Both the position numbers and the translations under genes were made by a program. Positions 10,133-19,876 of a DNA stretch of 64,000 nucleotides are shown here, piece by piece. Numbering within the stretch: the stretch's first letter is position 1; each line of letters begins with the position of its first letter. Location: contig SGYR01000001.1 of assembly GCA_004213405.1 (NCBI GenBank), positions 80,859 to 144,858 on the forward strand, read 5' to 3'. The notes under the pieces were generated by a model. That model saw only the letters and a list, made by a program, of their open reading frames with translations. It was not told the origin of the DNA and ran no database searches. This DNA is from Candidatus Actinomarinales bacterium (GTDB taxonomy: Bacteria > Actinomycetota > Acidimicrobiia > Actinomarinales > Actinomarinaceae).

Positions 10133-11056
10133 ATGGACATAGTAATTCTTCTTGTTGGGTTTTCGATTGGATTAGTCTTACTGGTAAAGGGAGCTGATGA
10201 AATGGTTAGCTCTGCAGTCCAAATAGCTTTAAAATTCAAACTTCCGAGTTCTATTATTGGTGCAACATTTATTGGGTTTGGCACTTCTGCTCCTGAACTT
10301 TTTGCAAGTACTGGGGCTGCGCTGAAGGGTGACCTAGATCTTGGTATTGGTAATATAGTAGGTTCTAATATTGCTAATTCTTTACTTGTAGTAGCTGTGT
10401 TATATTTAACATTACCTAAAGATTTTTCGCAAAAAATAAAATTAAATCAAATCAGTCCAGTATGGATGGCAATACTCACAACAGTTTTTGTTTCTACTTA
10501 TGTGCTGACCAATGAGTTTCCTTTTTTACTTGGAGCAGTTTTACTAATTCTTGTGATCTATGTCATTTATAAAATGATTAGCACTGAGAGTGTCGATGAA
10601 GGAGAGCTCCTTGGGGAAGAAAAAAATTACATATGGTTAAGAGGTGGATTATCACTTCTCGCTACTCTCTATGGCAGCCAATTGGTTGTAGACAATGCTG
10701 TTGCAATTGCTGAACTATTTGGAGTGTCTTCATTAATTATTGGATCAACAATTATTGCTATTGGCACTAGCCTGCCAGAGGTTGCTGGAACAATTTCAGC
10801 AGCAAAAATGCGTAAACCTGATATAGTTTTTGGAAATATTTTTGGTTCAAACTTATTTAATATCGGACTTGTCGGAGCAACAGCAATAATGATAAGTCCC
10901 GGTGAAATTAGCTCTGTAATTGATTATCAGCTTTTTATTATGTATTTTGTTTCGTTTATTGTGATTTTTCTTTCAAGAAATGTAATAAAAAGAAATTCCC
11001 TAGTCGGATATTTATTTATTATTGTTTATATTCTATTTCTTATTAGTTTGTTTTAA
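10133..11056 (+). CDS. Ca2+/Na+ antiporter (CaCA / YrbG family)
   Basis: 307 aa with two alpha-repeats, each carrying GTSAPELF / GTSLPEV signatures followed by GNI(V/F)GSN. Confidence 0.8.
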   Translation: MDIVILLVGFSIGLVLLVKGADEMVSSAVQIALKFKLPSSIIGATFIGFGTSAPELFASTGAALKGDLDLGIGNIVGSNIANSLLVVAVLYLTLPKDFSQKIKLNQISPVWMAILTTVFVSTYVLTNEFPFLLGAVLLILVIYVIYKMISTESVDEGELLGEEKNYIWLRGGLSLLATLYGSQLVVDNAVAIAELFGVSSLIIGSTIIAIGTSLPEVAGTISAAKMRKPDIVFGNIFGSNLFNIGLVGATAIMISPGEISSVIDYQLFIMYFVSFIVIFLSRNVIKRNSLVGYLFIIVYILFLISLF

Positions 11057-11876
11057 AATCTTTATTTCTTAAAAATATAAGTAATCCAATTATTGCCAAC
11101 ATCAATCCGCCAATTTGATTCCAAGTAAAACTTCCGATTGTTGAATCACCCATTCCAAATCTTAACGTATCAAGAACAGCTCTTTGTGACCCATACCATA
11201 CGGCCCAAAGCCCAATCCACGAACCTCTACCAAAAGTAAAACGAGACTGAAGATTTCTAAAAATATAAAAGATTAACAATGCGAGAAGTAAATCGTACAT
11301 GGCTACGTGGTGATAAGTTCCACATGTTGTTAAAGGCTCAAAGCACTCAAGAGAATTGTGTTGAGGAGCAACATCATAATCTGGTTTAATTTCATAACCA
11401 AGGAAGAAATCTGTTGCCTTTCCCAAATGCTCTACAATTGCTAAATCGCCGATTCTTCCAATTACTGTTCCCAGTATTAATCCTGTGGCAGCGTAGTCTC
11501 CATACTGTTTGAAATCTTGTTTGTTGAGAATTGAAATTTTCAAATAGGCAGCAATTATTCCACCAGCCATCCCCCCCATAATTGAATAGCTTCCTGCAAG
11601 AGTGAAGATGTCATCAAATCCATAATTTGGGTTAGCATACCATTGAGCTGGAATTGTAAAAAATCTAGCACCTAGGATCGCACCAAAAATAGCCCATGTA
11701 AGTGCTTCGGAAAATAATTCACTATCAGCACCATCCTCTTCTGATAATTTTAAGGCATGATTTGCACCAAAATAAAAACCTACAGCAGCAAAAACTCCGT
11801 GCAAAGAGAGTGAAATTGGACCAACTTGAGTTATTGGTATTGGCGGATAAGTAATCGAAAATAAAAGTTCTTGCAT
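11043..11876 (-). CDS. lgt: prolipoprotein diacylglyceryl transferase
   Basis: 277 aa polytopic protein. Lgt-like N-terminus (GPISLSLHGVFAAVGFYFG) and GRIGDL (GRxGNF-like) motif. Confidence 0.7.
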   Translation of the reverse strand: MQELLFSITYPPIPITQVGPISLSLHGVFAAVGFYFGANHALKLSEEDGADSELFSEALTWAIFGAILGARFFTIPAQWYANPNYGFDDIFTLAGSYSIMGGMAGGIIAAYLKISILNKQDFKQYGDYAATGLILGTVIGRIGDLAIVEHLGKATDFFLGYEIKPDYDVAPQHNSLECFEPLTTCGTYHHVAMYDLLLALLIFYIFRNLQSRFTFGRGSWIGLWAVWYGSQRAVLDTLRFGMGDSTIGSFTWNQIGGLMLAIIGLLIFLRNKDFKTN

Positions 11877-11878
11877 AT

Positions 11879-12760
11879 TTAGATATTACTCAAAGTTATA
11901 AATATATCTGCGACCATAGATAGAAAAATTAAGGCAAGATATGTATTTGAAAATACAAAATATGAAATTGCTTTAATTTGTTTTCTATATAGCTGATATG
12001 ACTTATACATCAAATACAATCCAAAAATAAGTGACAGCGTGAGATATACCATTCCTAATTGAAGAATTGGAGCAAGCAACAATGAAGTCAATACCGTTGC
12101 ACATGAATATATTCCAATAAATATTGACGTTCTTTTGTATGATTCTTGAGTTGGCAACATGGGAAAGTTTGCATCTTTATAATCATTTAACTTATCGATT
12201 GATAAAGCCCAAAAATGAGCTGGAGTCCAAAGAAAAACTAATAAAAACAAAAGCCACGAAGCAGTATCTAAATTTGTACCAGTAGCAGACCACCCTATTA
12301 GAACTGGAGCTGCGCCCGCGGCTCCTCCAATGACTATATTTTGATTTGTTCTTGGCTTTAAAACAAGAGTGTAAATAAATGAGTAAAAAATATTTGCAGA
12401 AAGAGCAATGAATGCAGCAAGTTCTGTTGTTTGGGTATACAAAACTAGAAATCCTACTAACCCTAGGGAAATCGAATAAACATAGGCACTTTTTTTATTA
12501 ATCTCTCCAGTTACGAGAGGTCTGTTTGCAGTTCTCTCCATAAGTCTGTCTGTTTCAATTTCAAATATTTGGTTTAGAACATTTGCACTTACAGCTAATA
12601 AGGTACCGCCTAGTAGGGTGAATACTATTAATTTGAGGGGTGGAAAACCATATATTGATACAATCATTGATGGAACCGTTGTAATTAACAAAAGCTCAAC
12701 AATTCTTAATTTTGAAAGCCTTATATATTTTGATATGTTTTTTTTGGTAACAGTTTCCAT
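11879..12760 (-). CDS. ctaB: protoheme IX farnesyltransferase (heme O synthase)
   Basis: 293 aa UbiA-family protein with NQIFEIETDRLMERTANRPLVTGEI and the second Asp-rich region. Divergent from ctaC. Confidence 0.9.
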   Translation of the reverse strand: METVTKKNISKYIRLSKLRIVELLLITTVPSMIVSIYGFPPLKLIVFTLLGGTLLAVSANVLNQIFEIETDRLMERTANRPLVTGEINKKSAYVYSISLGLVGFLVLYTQTTELAAFIALSANIFYSFIYTLVLKPRTNQNIVIGGAAGAAPVLIGWSATGTNLDTASWLLFLLVFLWTPAHFWALSIDKLNDYKDANFPMLPTQESYKRTSIFIGIYSCATVLTSLLLAPILQLGMVYLTLSLIFGLYLMYKSYQLYRKQIKAISYFVFSNTYLALIFLSMVADIFITLSNI

Positions 12761-12832
12761 AACGACATAGTACTTATGATTACACTATATATAGTTTCAA
12801 CGCTATTCTTAATAATTGTTGATAATATAAAT

Positions 12833-13846
12833 ATGCTTGTGAAAAACATTTTTAAGTTAAAGAATTTAAAATTTTCGGCCTTGATACTCTTATCTGCTTG
12901 TATCGAAAATGCCCCTTTAGACTCGTTAAGTCCTGAGGGCCCCTATGCAAGGTCAATAGATGAATTATTTTGGTTAACTTTTTGGATAGCTGTAGTAATT
13001 TTTGTAATTGTCCAAGGTGCTTTACTTCTATCTGTTTTTGTTTTTAAAGAAAAACCAGATAGCCCTGAACCAAAACAGATACATGGAAACACTAAATTAG
13101 AAATTCTATGGACAGTCATTCCAGTAATTATTTTGGCAGTTATTGCGGTACCCACCGTTAGAACAATTTTTGATCTAGCAAACGAACCTGAAGACGCTTT
13201 AAAAATTGAAGTAATTGGTCACCAATGGTGGTTCGAATATAAATACCCGGACTATGACATAACAACTGCAAACGTATTAGTTATCCCAGCTGACAAACCA
13301 ATAAGGCTTGAAATGTGGTCTAATGATGTACTCCACAATTACTGGGTTCCTAAATTAAATGGAAAAAGATATCTTGTTCCAGGACAAACTACATATTTAA
13401 ATTTACACGCTGATTCACCAAATGAGTTCTGGGCACAGTGTGGTGAATATTGTGGTTTAAGCCACTCTAAAATGCGAGGCCGTGTGCTTTCGCTTTCAGA
13501 ATCTGATTTTGACGCATGGGTAAAAAATCAACAGCAAAATGCTAATAAACTCGAAGGAAATTCATTAGCTGCTGAAGGTCAACAAGTTTACCTAAATGCT
13601 GGATGTACACAGTGTCATGTTATTGATGGAGTATGGGATGTACAGGGTGATAGAATAGCTCCGAATTTAACTCACTTTGCTAATAGAAATGTTTTTGCTG
13701 GAGCAGCACTTTATAATAATGAAGAAAATCTTAGCAAATGGCTTGCAAATCCTGCTGAAATAAAACCGGGTACATTTATGCCTAACCTAGAATTGACTGA
13801 AGTAGAAATAAATGCTTTAATTGCGTATTTAGGAACACTTAAATGA
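12833..13846 (+). CDS. ctaC: cytochrome c oxidase subunit II with fused C-terminal cytochrome c domain (caa3 type)
   Basis: CuA site HNYWVP...CGEYCGLSHSKM, and a C-terminal CTQCH heme-c motif. I prefer ATG 12833 (MLVKNIFKLKNLKFSALILLSAC, a lipobox signal) over the track start at 12776, but the start is uncertain. Confidence 0.88.
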   Translation: MLVKNIFKLKNLKFSALILLSACIENAPLDSLSPEGPYARSIDELFWLTFWIAVVIFVIVQGALLLSVFVFKEKPDSPEPKQIHGNTKLEILWTVIPVIILAVIAVPTVRTIFDLANEPEDALKIEVIGHQWWFEYKYPDYDITTANVLVIPADKPIRLEMWSNDVLHNYWVPKLNGKRYLVPGQTTYLNLHADSPNEFWAQCGEYCGLSHSKMRGRVLSLSESDFDAWVKNQQQNANKLEGNSLAAEGQQVYLNAGCTQCHVIDGVWDVQGDRIAPNLTHFANRNVFAGAALYNNEENLSKWLANPAEIKPGTFMPNLELTEVEINALIAYLGTLK

Positions 13847-15801
13847 CAAAAATAATAGAACCAAGTAAACAAAGTAGTATTTTTAGAAGGCCTTCTTCTG
13901 AAACTGGTATATGGAGTTGGATAACTACTGTAGATCATAAACGAATTGGAATAATGTATGGTTATGCAGCATTTTTCTTTCTTTTGATTGGTGGACTTGA
14001 AGCACTCATTCTTAGAATTCAGCTTTCACAACCAGATAATAATTTCTTAACAGCGGCAGAGTACAATGCTATGTTTACAATGCATGGAACCACAATGATT
14101 TTCTTGGCAATTATGCCAATTAGTGCTGCCTTCTTTAATTACCTTTTACCGCTACAAATTGGAGCGCGTGATGTTGCTTTTCCAAGGCTTAATGCTCTCT
14201 CCTTCTGGATATTTATTTTCGGAGGAGCATTTTTATATTCTACATTTATATTTGGTACTGCAGGAGCTCCAGAAGGCGGATACTTAGCTGAGGAAGTTGG
14301 TTGGCTAGGGTCAGCACCTAATGGTGGTTGGTTTGGCTATCAACCCAATGCAGGTATGAAATACTCCCCAGGGACCGCCATGGATTACTGGGCTATAGGG
14401 CTACAGATACTTGGAATAGCTTCTTTAATTTCTGCGTTTAATTTTATTACAACCATCATCAATATGAGAACTGAAGGCATGCGGTTCATGAGAATGCCAG
14501 TATTTACTTGGATGACTTTTGCTGTGTCCTTTTTGCTTGCATTTTCTTTGCCAATAATTGCAATAGCACTCTTCTATGTAACATTTGATAGAAAATTTGG
14601 AACTACGTTTTTCTTAACAGAAGGTGGAGGTGATCCAATTTTATGGCAGCATCTTTTCTGGCTATTCGGACATCCAGAAGTTTATATTCTAATCCTGCCT
14701 GCATTTGGAATTGTCTCCGAGGTACTTCCAACTTTTTCACGAAAGCCACTTTTTGGTTATGCTGCAATAGTTTTTGCAGGATTTGGAATTGCGTTTATAG
14801 GCTTTGGAGTATGGGCTCACCACATGTTTGCTTCTGCGATTAGCCCAGTTGCTCAAGCTGGTTTTGGTTTATCAACAATGGTTATTGCTGTCCCAACAGG
14901 TGTAAAAATATTTAATTGGCTTGGCACAATATGGGGAGGAAAGCTAAAGCTGAATACCCCAATGCTGTTTTCTTTAGGTTTTATAGGTATGTTTGTAATT
15001 GGTGGTTTGAGTGGTGTAACTCACTCAATAGTTCCAGCTGATACACAGCAAACAGATACCTACTATGTTGTAGCTCACTTTCACTATGTTTTATTTGGTG
15101 GAGCTTTGTTTGGAATTTTTTCTGGACTTTATTATTGGTTTCCAAAAGTTTGGGGCAAAATGTATAACGAGTCGCTTGGAAAGATACACTTTTGGCTAAT
15201 GATGATTGGTTTTAATCTTACTTTTGGACCAATGCATTGGTTAGGGCTTCAAGGTCAAGTAAGGCGTACCTGGGTATATGCAGAAGAAACAAACTTACAA
15301 TTCTGGAATATTGTTGTAACAGTCGGGGCTTTTATCATCGCTTTGTCAATTATTGTTTTCATGATCAATTGGATTTTCTCAAAGAGAAACGGGGAAAAAG
15401 CTCCATTTGATCCTTGGGATGCAAGGACGTTAGAGTGGACCATTCCATCACCTACACCTGTTTGGAATTTTTCAACAGCACCTATTGTTAAATCACTTGA
15501 TGACTTCTGGCACACTAAATATTCTGAAGATGAAGAAGGCAGAGCAGTTAAACGTGAAGAAGCTGATCAGATACTTCTTGAATTAGAAGAAGATGGCCTA
15601 AACCCTAGTGAACATATCGCTTTACCTAATCCTTCATATTTCCCGATTGTCCTGGCATCTGGTTTGCCATTTTTAGGGTATGCAGTTATATATAAATCTA
15701 TTCCATTAGCTTTAATTGGTACCGTGTTGTTACTCATAGGAGGATTTGGTTGGGGAACAGAACCTCTTGAAGAAGAAATCCACATAGACTCAGATGAGTA
15801 G
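13843..15801 (+). CDS. ctaD: cytochrome c oxidase subunit I (heme-copper oxidase), with C-terminal two-TM extension
   Basis: 652 aa. Canonical GHPEVYILILP, HHMF and VAHFHYV motifs. ATGA overlap with ctaC. The extra C-terminal segment is LPNPSYFPIVLASGLPFLGY...LLLIGGFGWGTEP. Confidence 0.95.
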   Translation: MTKIIEPSKQSSIFRRPSSETGIWSWITTVDHKRIGIMYGYAAFFFLLIGGLEALILRIQLSQPDNNFLTAAEYNAMFTMHGTTMIFLAIMPISAAFFNYLLPLQIGARDVAFPRLNALSFWIFIFGGAFLYSTFIFGTAGAPEGGYLAEEVGWLGSAPNGGWFGYQPNAGMKYSPGTAMDYWAIGLQILGIASLISAFNFITTIINMRTEGMRFMRMPVFTWMTFAVSFLLAFSLPIIAIALFYVTFDRKFGTTFFLTEGGGDPILWQHLFWLFGHPEVYILILPAFGIVSEVLPTFSRKPLFGYAAIVFAGFGIAFIGFGVWAHHMFASAISPVAQAGFGLSTMVIAVPTGVKIFNWLGTIWGGKLKLNTPMLFSLGFIGMFVIGGLSGVTHSIVPADTQQTDTYYVVAHFHYVLFGGALFGIFSGLYYWFPKVWGKMYNESLGKIHFWLMMIGFNLTFGPMHWLGLQGQVRRTWVYAEETNLQFWNIVVTVGAFIIALSIIVFMINWIFSKRNGEKAPFDPWDARTLEWTIPSPTPVWNFSTAPIVKSLDDFWHTKYSEDEEGRAVKREEADQILLELEEDGLNPSEHIALPNPSYFPIVLASGLPFLGYAVIYKSIPLALIGTVLLLIGGFGWGTEPLEEEIHIDSDE

Positions 15802-16378
15802 CTCTCACTCCTATCCACATGAACCCACAGGTGTAGAAACCAGAAAACTTGGTATGTGGGTGTTTTTATCCACTGAAATATTGTTTTTTGGCACATTAAT
15901 TACCACCTTTATGATATTTAAAGGAAGCGACTTTCCTGGAATGAAATTAACAGATGTGTATGATATTCCATTTACATCCATTAGCTCTTTTATTTTGTTA
16001 ATGAGTTCATTAACTATGGTGTTGGCTCACAATGCATTGGAAGCAAATGATCAAGAAAAAACAAGAGTATGGCTTCTAGCAACAGCAATGTTAGGCGCAG
16101 TATTTTTAGCAGGACAAATATACGAATTTACAGAGTTTTATCATAAAGGTTTTGAGCTTACAACGAATATCTTTAGTTCATCCTTTTACGTATTAACTGG
16201 CTTTCATGGATTGCATGTTTTTATCGGTGTAGTCTTACTTTTAGCATTGTGGGGAATTGGTCAAAGACAAAAAGGGTTAACACTTGAAGGTGGAATGAAT
16301 CTTGAATTCGTTGCACTTTATTGGCACTTTGTTGACATTGTCTGGATAGTATTGTTTACAGTAGTTTATTTAATTTGA
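15794..16378 (+). CDS. ctaE: cytochrome c oxidase subunit III
   Basis: 194 aa. FYVLTGFHGLHVFIGV and WHFVDIVW motifs. Overlaps the ctaD end by 8 nt. Confidence 0.9.
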   Translation: MSSSHSYPHEPTGVETRKLGMWVFLSTEILFFGTLITTFMIFKGSDFPGMKLTDVYDIPFTSISSFILLMSSLTMVLAHNALEANDQEKTRVWLLATAMLGAVFLAGQIYEFTEFYHKGFELTTNIFSSSFYVLTGFHGLHVFIGVVLLLALWGIGQRQKGLTLEGGMNLEFVALYWHFVDIVWIVLFTVVYLI

Positions 16379-16379
16379 T

Positions 16380-16679
16380 ATGTCCGATAATCACATAGAA
16401 CACCCAACTCCAAAAAAATATGTTCAAATAGCAATCGTACTTGGTATTTTAACTGCAATTGAGATAGCTCTTTATTACACGGAAGACATTGTTGGTGTTT
16501 TCACTGATCCACTTTTGATATTTTTAGCAGTAGGAAAATTCATAATTGTAGTTGGTTGGTTTATGCATCTGCGTTATGAAAATAAGACAATTAATAGGTT
16601 CTTTGTTGGCGGTATGATCTTAGCTTTGATACTTTTTACTATCGTCATGGTCGAAAGAGCTTCAGCGAATTATTTTTAG
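16380..16679 (+). CDS. ctaF: cytochrome c oxidase subunit IV (prokaryotic COX4_pro / Bacillus CtaF type)
   Basis: 99 aa, three TM segments. The N-terminus HPTPKKYVQIAIVLGILTAIEIALYY is typical of this family. It sits in the expected operon position. Confidence 0.7.
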   Translation: MSDNHIEHPTPKKYVQIAIVLGILTAIEIALYYTEDIVGVFTDPLLIFLAVGKFIIVVGWFMHLRYENKTINRFFVGGMILALILFTIVMVERASANYF

Positions 16680-16686
16680 GTTTTAA

Positions 16687-17466
16687 ATGCAGAACTTACC
16701 TTGGCATCCTCACTATGACGTATGGGCTTTGATTGTGACTCTTGTAGTATTTTTTGAATTTACTACCAACAAAGAGCATCTAAAAAAACCTAAAAGAAAA
16801 ACATGGTATTCGGGCCTGATAGCACTCTGGATATTCACTGATTATCCAATACATGATATTGGTGAAAAATACTTATTTTCTGTTCATTCTGTAGAACATC
16901 TTGTTTTGGCTTTAGTTTCTCCTCCTCTTTTATTAATGGGTATGCATAGAGATATGAAAGAACTTATTTCGGTAAAACCATTTATTAAAACTTTAAAAAT
17001 AACGTCTAAACCTGTAGTCGCTTTTTTTATGTTTAATTTTGTAATGGTGGGGATGCATTGGTCCTCTGTTGTGAATCTAATGGTAACAAACACTATTGCA
17101 CATTTTTTTATACACTCGATAATGCTTTTGGTCTCCTTAAACATGTGGGTACCGGTAATAGGATTTAATGATGAAATTAGGCCAATAAATTCTGCTGCAA
17201 AAATAGGGTATTTATTTTTACAATCATTACTGCCAACAATACCGGCAAGTTTTCTAGCTTTTGGTACAGAGCCACTTTATTCAGCGTACGTCATGAGTGA
17301 TAACATATTCAGCATTTCAGTAATTAATGACCAAACATTGGCAGGTTTGATATTAAAACTTGGTGGAGGAATTATTTTGTGGATTTCAATCCTTGTTATT
17401 TGGATGAGATGGTACCAAGATGAAAAAACGTTTGATGATGTAGTTAGAAACAACTCAAATGACTAG
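16687..17466 (+). CDS. ctaG: cytochrome c oxidase assembly factor CtaG (caa3_CtaG family)
   Basis: 259 aa polytopic protein. The conserved-looking block HSVEHLVLALVSPPLLLMGM matches the H..(Q/E)H......PPLL.LG pattern of Bacillus-type CtaG. Operon position fits. Confidence 0.6.
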   Translation: MQNLPWHPHYDVWALIVTLVVFFEFTTNKEHLKKPKRKTWYSGLIALWIFTDYPIHDIGEKYLFSVHSVEHLVLALVSPPLLLMGMHRDMKELISVKPFIKTLKITSKPVVAFFMFNFVMVGMHWSSVVNLMVTNTIAHFFIHSIMLLVSLNMWVPVIGFNDEIRPINSAAKIGYLFLQSLLPTIPASFLAFGTEPLYSAYVMSDNIFSISVINDQTLAGLILKLGGGIILWISILVIWMRWYQDEKTFDDVVRNNSND

Positions 17467-17484
17467 AATTATATAGATTTTATT

Positions 17485-18600
17485 ATGGATGAAAAACTCG
17501 TAGATCAAGTTAGCTCAAGTAGTGGTATTCCTCAAATGTTGGTATCACGGTCTGCACAAGCAAGGGCTGAAGCATCTGGTGTTTCTGTAAATGATGTTCT
17601 CAATAGTTGGACTGGTGGTGAGGCGATCCAAGCAGCGCCTGCTAATGAAACTGTATCAGAATCACAGGTAGTAGTAGAAGACACTCCTACTCCAGTAGAA
17701 GAACAAGTAGATGAACCCGTTGAAGTTGAAGAACCTGAAAATCTTGTTGAACAAATTCAAACAGCAGTTTTGATAAAAGAAGACTTACATCCTCCTGTAA
17801 GTATTAGTCAGAAATTATTAAGATCTTTAAAATTTGGATTAGGCTTTGGAGTTATAGCTGGATTTGTGCAGGGACTTCTTTCAAGCTCTTATCTCTACGA
17901 TGGACTAATACTCGAAGCTGAAACACAGAAGTTAATAGCAGAATACGATGCTGTGTCTTTTGTTATAATCATTTCACTATCTACTAGCTTTCTTGGAATA
18001 CTTAATTCATTGAATGTTAAAAAGTTTTTGGATTCAAATTTTGATGGTTTTGGCATACTTACTACTGATAGAGAATCTGTATTTACTGGTGGTGGGCTAG
18101 GTTTAGTCTTAGGTTCCTCAACAGCATTTTTTATAATTAATAGCGTTGGACAGACAATAGAACCAGTACTTCCTGATGATCCTGTAATAAATTTAATTAC
18201 AGTTGGTAGCGCTTTCTGGAGGGTTGTAATTTTATCAACTTTTGTACAAGCTGCAATATCTGCCTTTACAATGCTGCTTGGTGTTCCTAAAGGGCTTGAA
18301 GATTTTGAGGATTCTGAAGCTCAAAAAATACGCCAGAGGATTGTTGGCTCAATTGTGATTCCATTGGGGTCAATAGTTGTTGGTGGTCTAATTGCGGTTG
18401 CTATTGCGCAAGTATTTTTAAACTTTCATGAATATGCACCACTATTTGCATTAATTATTTCAGCAGCAATTTTACTTTTTGCAAGTGTAATGAGTGCAGC
18501 TCCAAAGATAAAAATTACAAGAAGTGAAGTTCTAATTGCGTCTGCTGGAGTGTTGACTCTTATTGTTATAATTGCTAGTGTGGCTGCAAGCCAACACTAA
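17485..18600 (+). CDS. hypothetical polytopic membrane protein with soluble N-terminal domain and acidic linker
   Basis: 371 aa. N-terminal about 45 aa soluble segment, then a Glu/Val/Pro-rich linker (VVEDTPTPVEEQVDEPVEVEEPE), then about 7 predicted TM helices. I recognise no family. Confidence 0.45.
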   Translation: MDEKLVDQVSSSSGIPQMLVSRSAQARAEASGVSVNDVLNSWTGGEAIQAAPANETVSESQVVVEDTPTPVEEQVDEPVEVEEPENLVEQIQTAVLIKEDLHPPVSISQKLLRSLKFGLGFGVIAGFVQGLLSSSYLYDGLILEAETQKLIAEYDAVSFVIIISLSTSFLGILNSLNVKKFLDSNFDGFGILTTDRESVFTGGGLGLVLGSSTAFFIINSVGQTIEPVLPDDPVINLITVGSAFWRVVILSTFVQAAISAFTMLLGVPKGLEDFEDSEAQKIRQRIVGSIVIPLGSIVVGGLIAVAIAQVFLNFHEYAPLFALIISAAILLFASVMSAAPKIKITRSEVLIASAGVLTLIVIIASVAASQH

Positions 18601-18604
18601 ATTT

Positions 18605-19864
18605 ATGAATCAAACTTTTAACCAAATTGAAACCGTAGAAGAGTACTTATCATCTAAAAGATGGTCTGGCATAAAAAGAGATTACTCCGCTAACGATGTC
18701 TGTTCTTTGAGACCTTCATATAAAGTAGAACACACTTTATCTGAGATTGGGTCCGAATTACTTTTAGATCTTCTTTATAGAAAAGATTCATGGGTATCTG
18801 GATTGGGGGCAGCAACAGCACAACAAGCTCTCCAAATGTACCATCTTGATTACGAAATAATTTATGTAAGTGGTTGGCAAGTAGCAGCAGAGAGCAACAT
18901 TGGAGTAAATACTTACCCAGACTTATCACTTTATCCATCAAACAGTACTCCAAATTTTGTGAAAAAAATTAATAACACTCTTCTGAGAAGAATGGCAGAA
19001 CTTGATAAGAAAAAGTTACCTCCAATTATTGCTGACGGGGAGTCTGGTTTTGGCGGAATTTATAATGTATACGAACTTACAAATCAATTTATAGATTCTG
19101 GAGTATCTGGAATTCATTTTGAAGACCAACTTGCTTCTGAAAAAAAATGTGGGCATGTTGGTGGGAAAGTTGTAATCCCTACACATGAATATATTAAAAA
19201 ACTTAATGCTGCAAGGTTATCATCTGATGTTTCGGGAGTTCCAATAATCATTATTGCTAGAACAGATGCAATGAACGCAAAGTTAATGACATCAGATTTT
19301 GATGATAGAGACAATAAATATCTCAGTAAAAATAGAACATCTGATGGTTACTTCTTAATTGAAAACAACCACGAGATGGCAATAACAAAATCACTTAATT
19401 ACGCTGAGTATGCAGATGTAGTATGGTGCGAAACTAATACTCCAGATTTAGGCTTTGCAAAAGAATTCGCTGATGAAATAAGGAAATCTCATCCAAATAA
19501 AATTCTTGCATATAATTGCTCTCCATCATTTAATTGGTTAGATATATTTACTAATAAAGAAATTGAAAACTTTCAAAGTGAACTTAGTTCATTTGGATAT
19601 AAATTACAATTTGTCTCTCTTGCCGGTTTTCATTCATTAGCAAGTTCCATGTATGACTTAGCATCAAAATACAAAGGTGGAAATATGAGTGCAATCTTAG
19701 AACTTCAACAGTTTGAAAAAGATTTGTCAAAAGATGGTTATACAGGAATCAAGCATCAACAAGAAGTTGGTGGGAATTACTATGAAAGAATTGGTGAAGC
19801 CTTACTTGGAGATGAATCAGAACTACTTTCAAAAAAAGACTCTACAGAGAATACACAATTTTAA
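18605..19864 (+). CDS. aceA: isocitrate lyase
   Basis: KKCGHVGGK catalytic motif and ESGFGG. I start it at ATG 18605 (MNQTFNQIETVEEYL) rather than 18572, which would overlap the upstream gene. Confidence 0.9.
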   Translation: MNQTFNQIETVEEYLSSKRWSGIKRDYSANDVCSLRPSYKVEHTLSEIGSELLLDLLYRKDSWVSGLGAATAQQALQMYHLDYEIIYVSGWQVAAESNIGVNTYPDLSLYPSNSTPNFVKKINNTLLRRMAELDKKKLPPIIADGESGFGGIYNVYELTNQFIDSGVSGIHFEDQLASEKKCGHVGGKVVIPTHEYIKKLNAARLSSDVSGVPIIIIARTDAMNAKLMTSDFDDRDNKYLSKNRTSDGYFLIENNHEMAITKSLNYAEYADVVWCETNTPDLGFAKEFADEIRKSHPNKILAYNCSPSFNWLDIFTNKEIENFQSELSSFGYKLQFVSLAGFHSLASSMYDLASKYKGGNMSAILELQQFEKDLSKDGYTGIKHQQEVGGNYYERIGEALLGDESELLSKKDSTENTQF

Positions 19865-19876
19865 TAGAATATAAAA

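Noticed and set aside
18572-18604. Upstream starts offered by the track for aceA (18572), and likewise purA (53864), hspR (41506) and the DUF3159-like gene (56389)
   Set aside because: Each extension overlaps the preceding gene or adds non-homologous residues. Internal starts (18605, 53912, 41560, 56449) give family-typical N-termini, sometimes with a clear SD.
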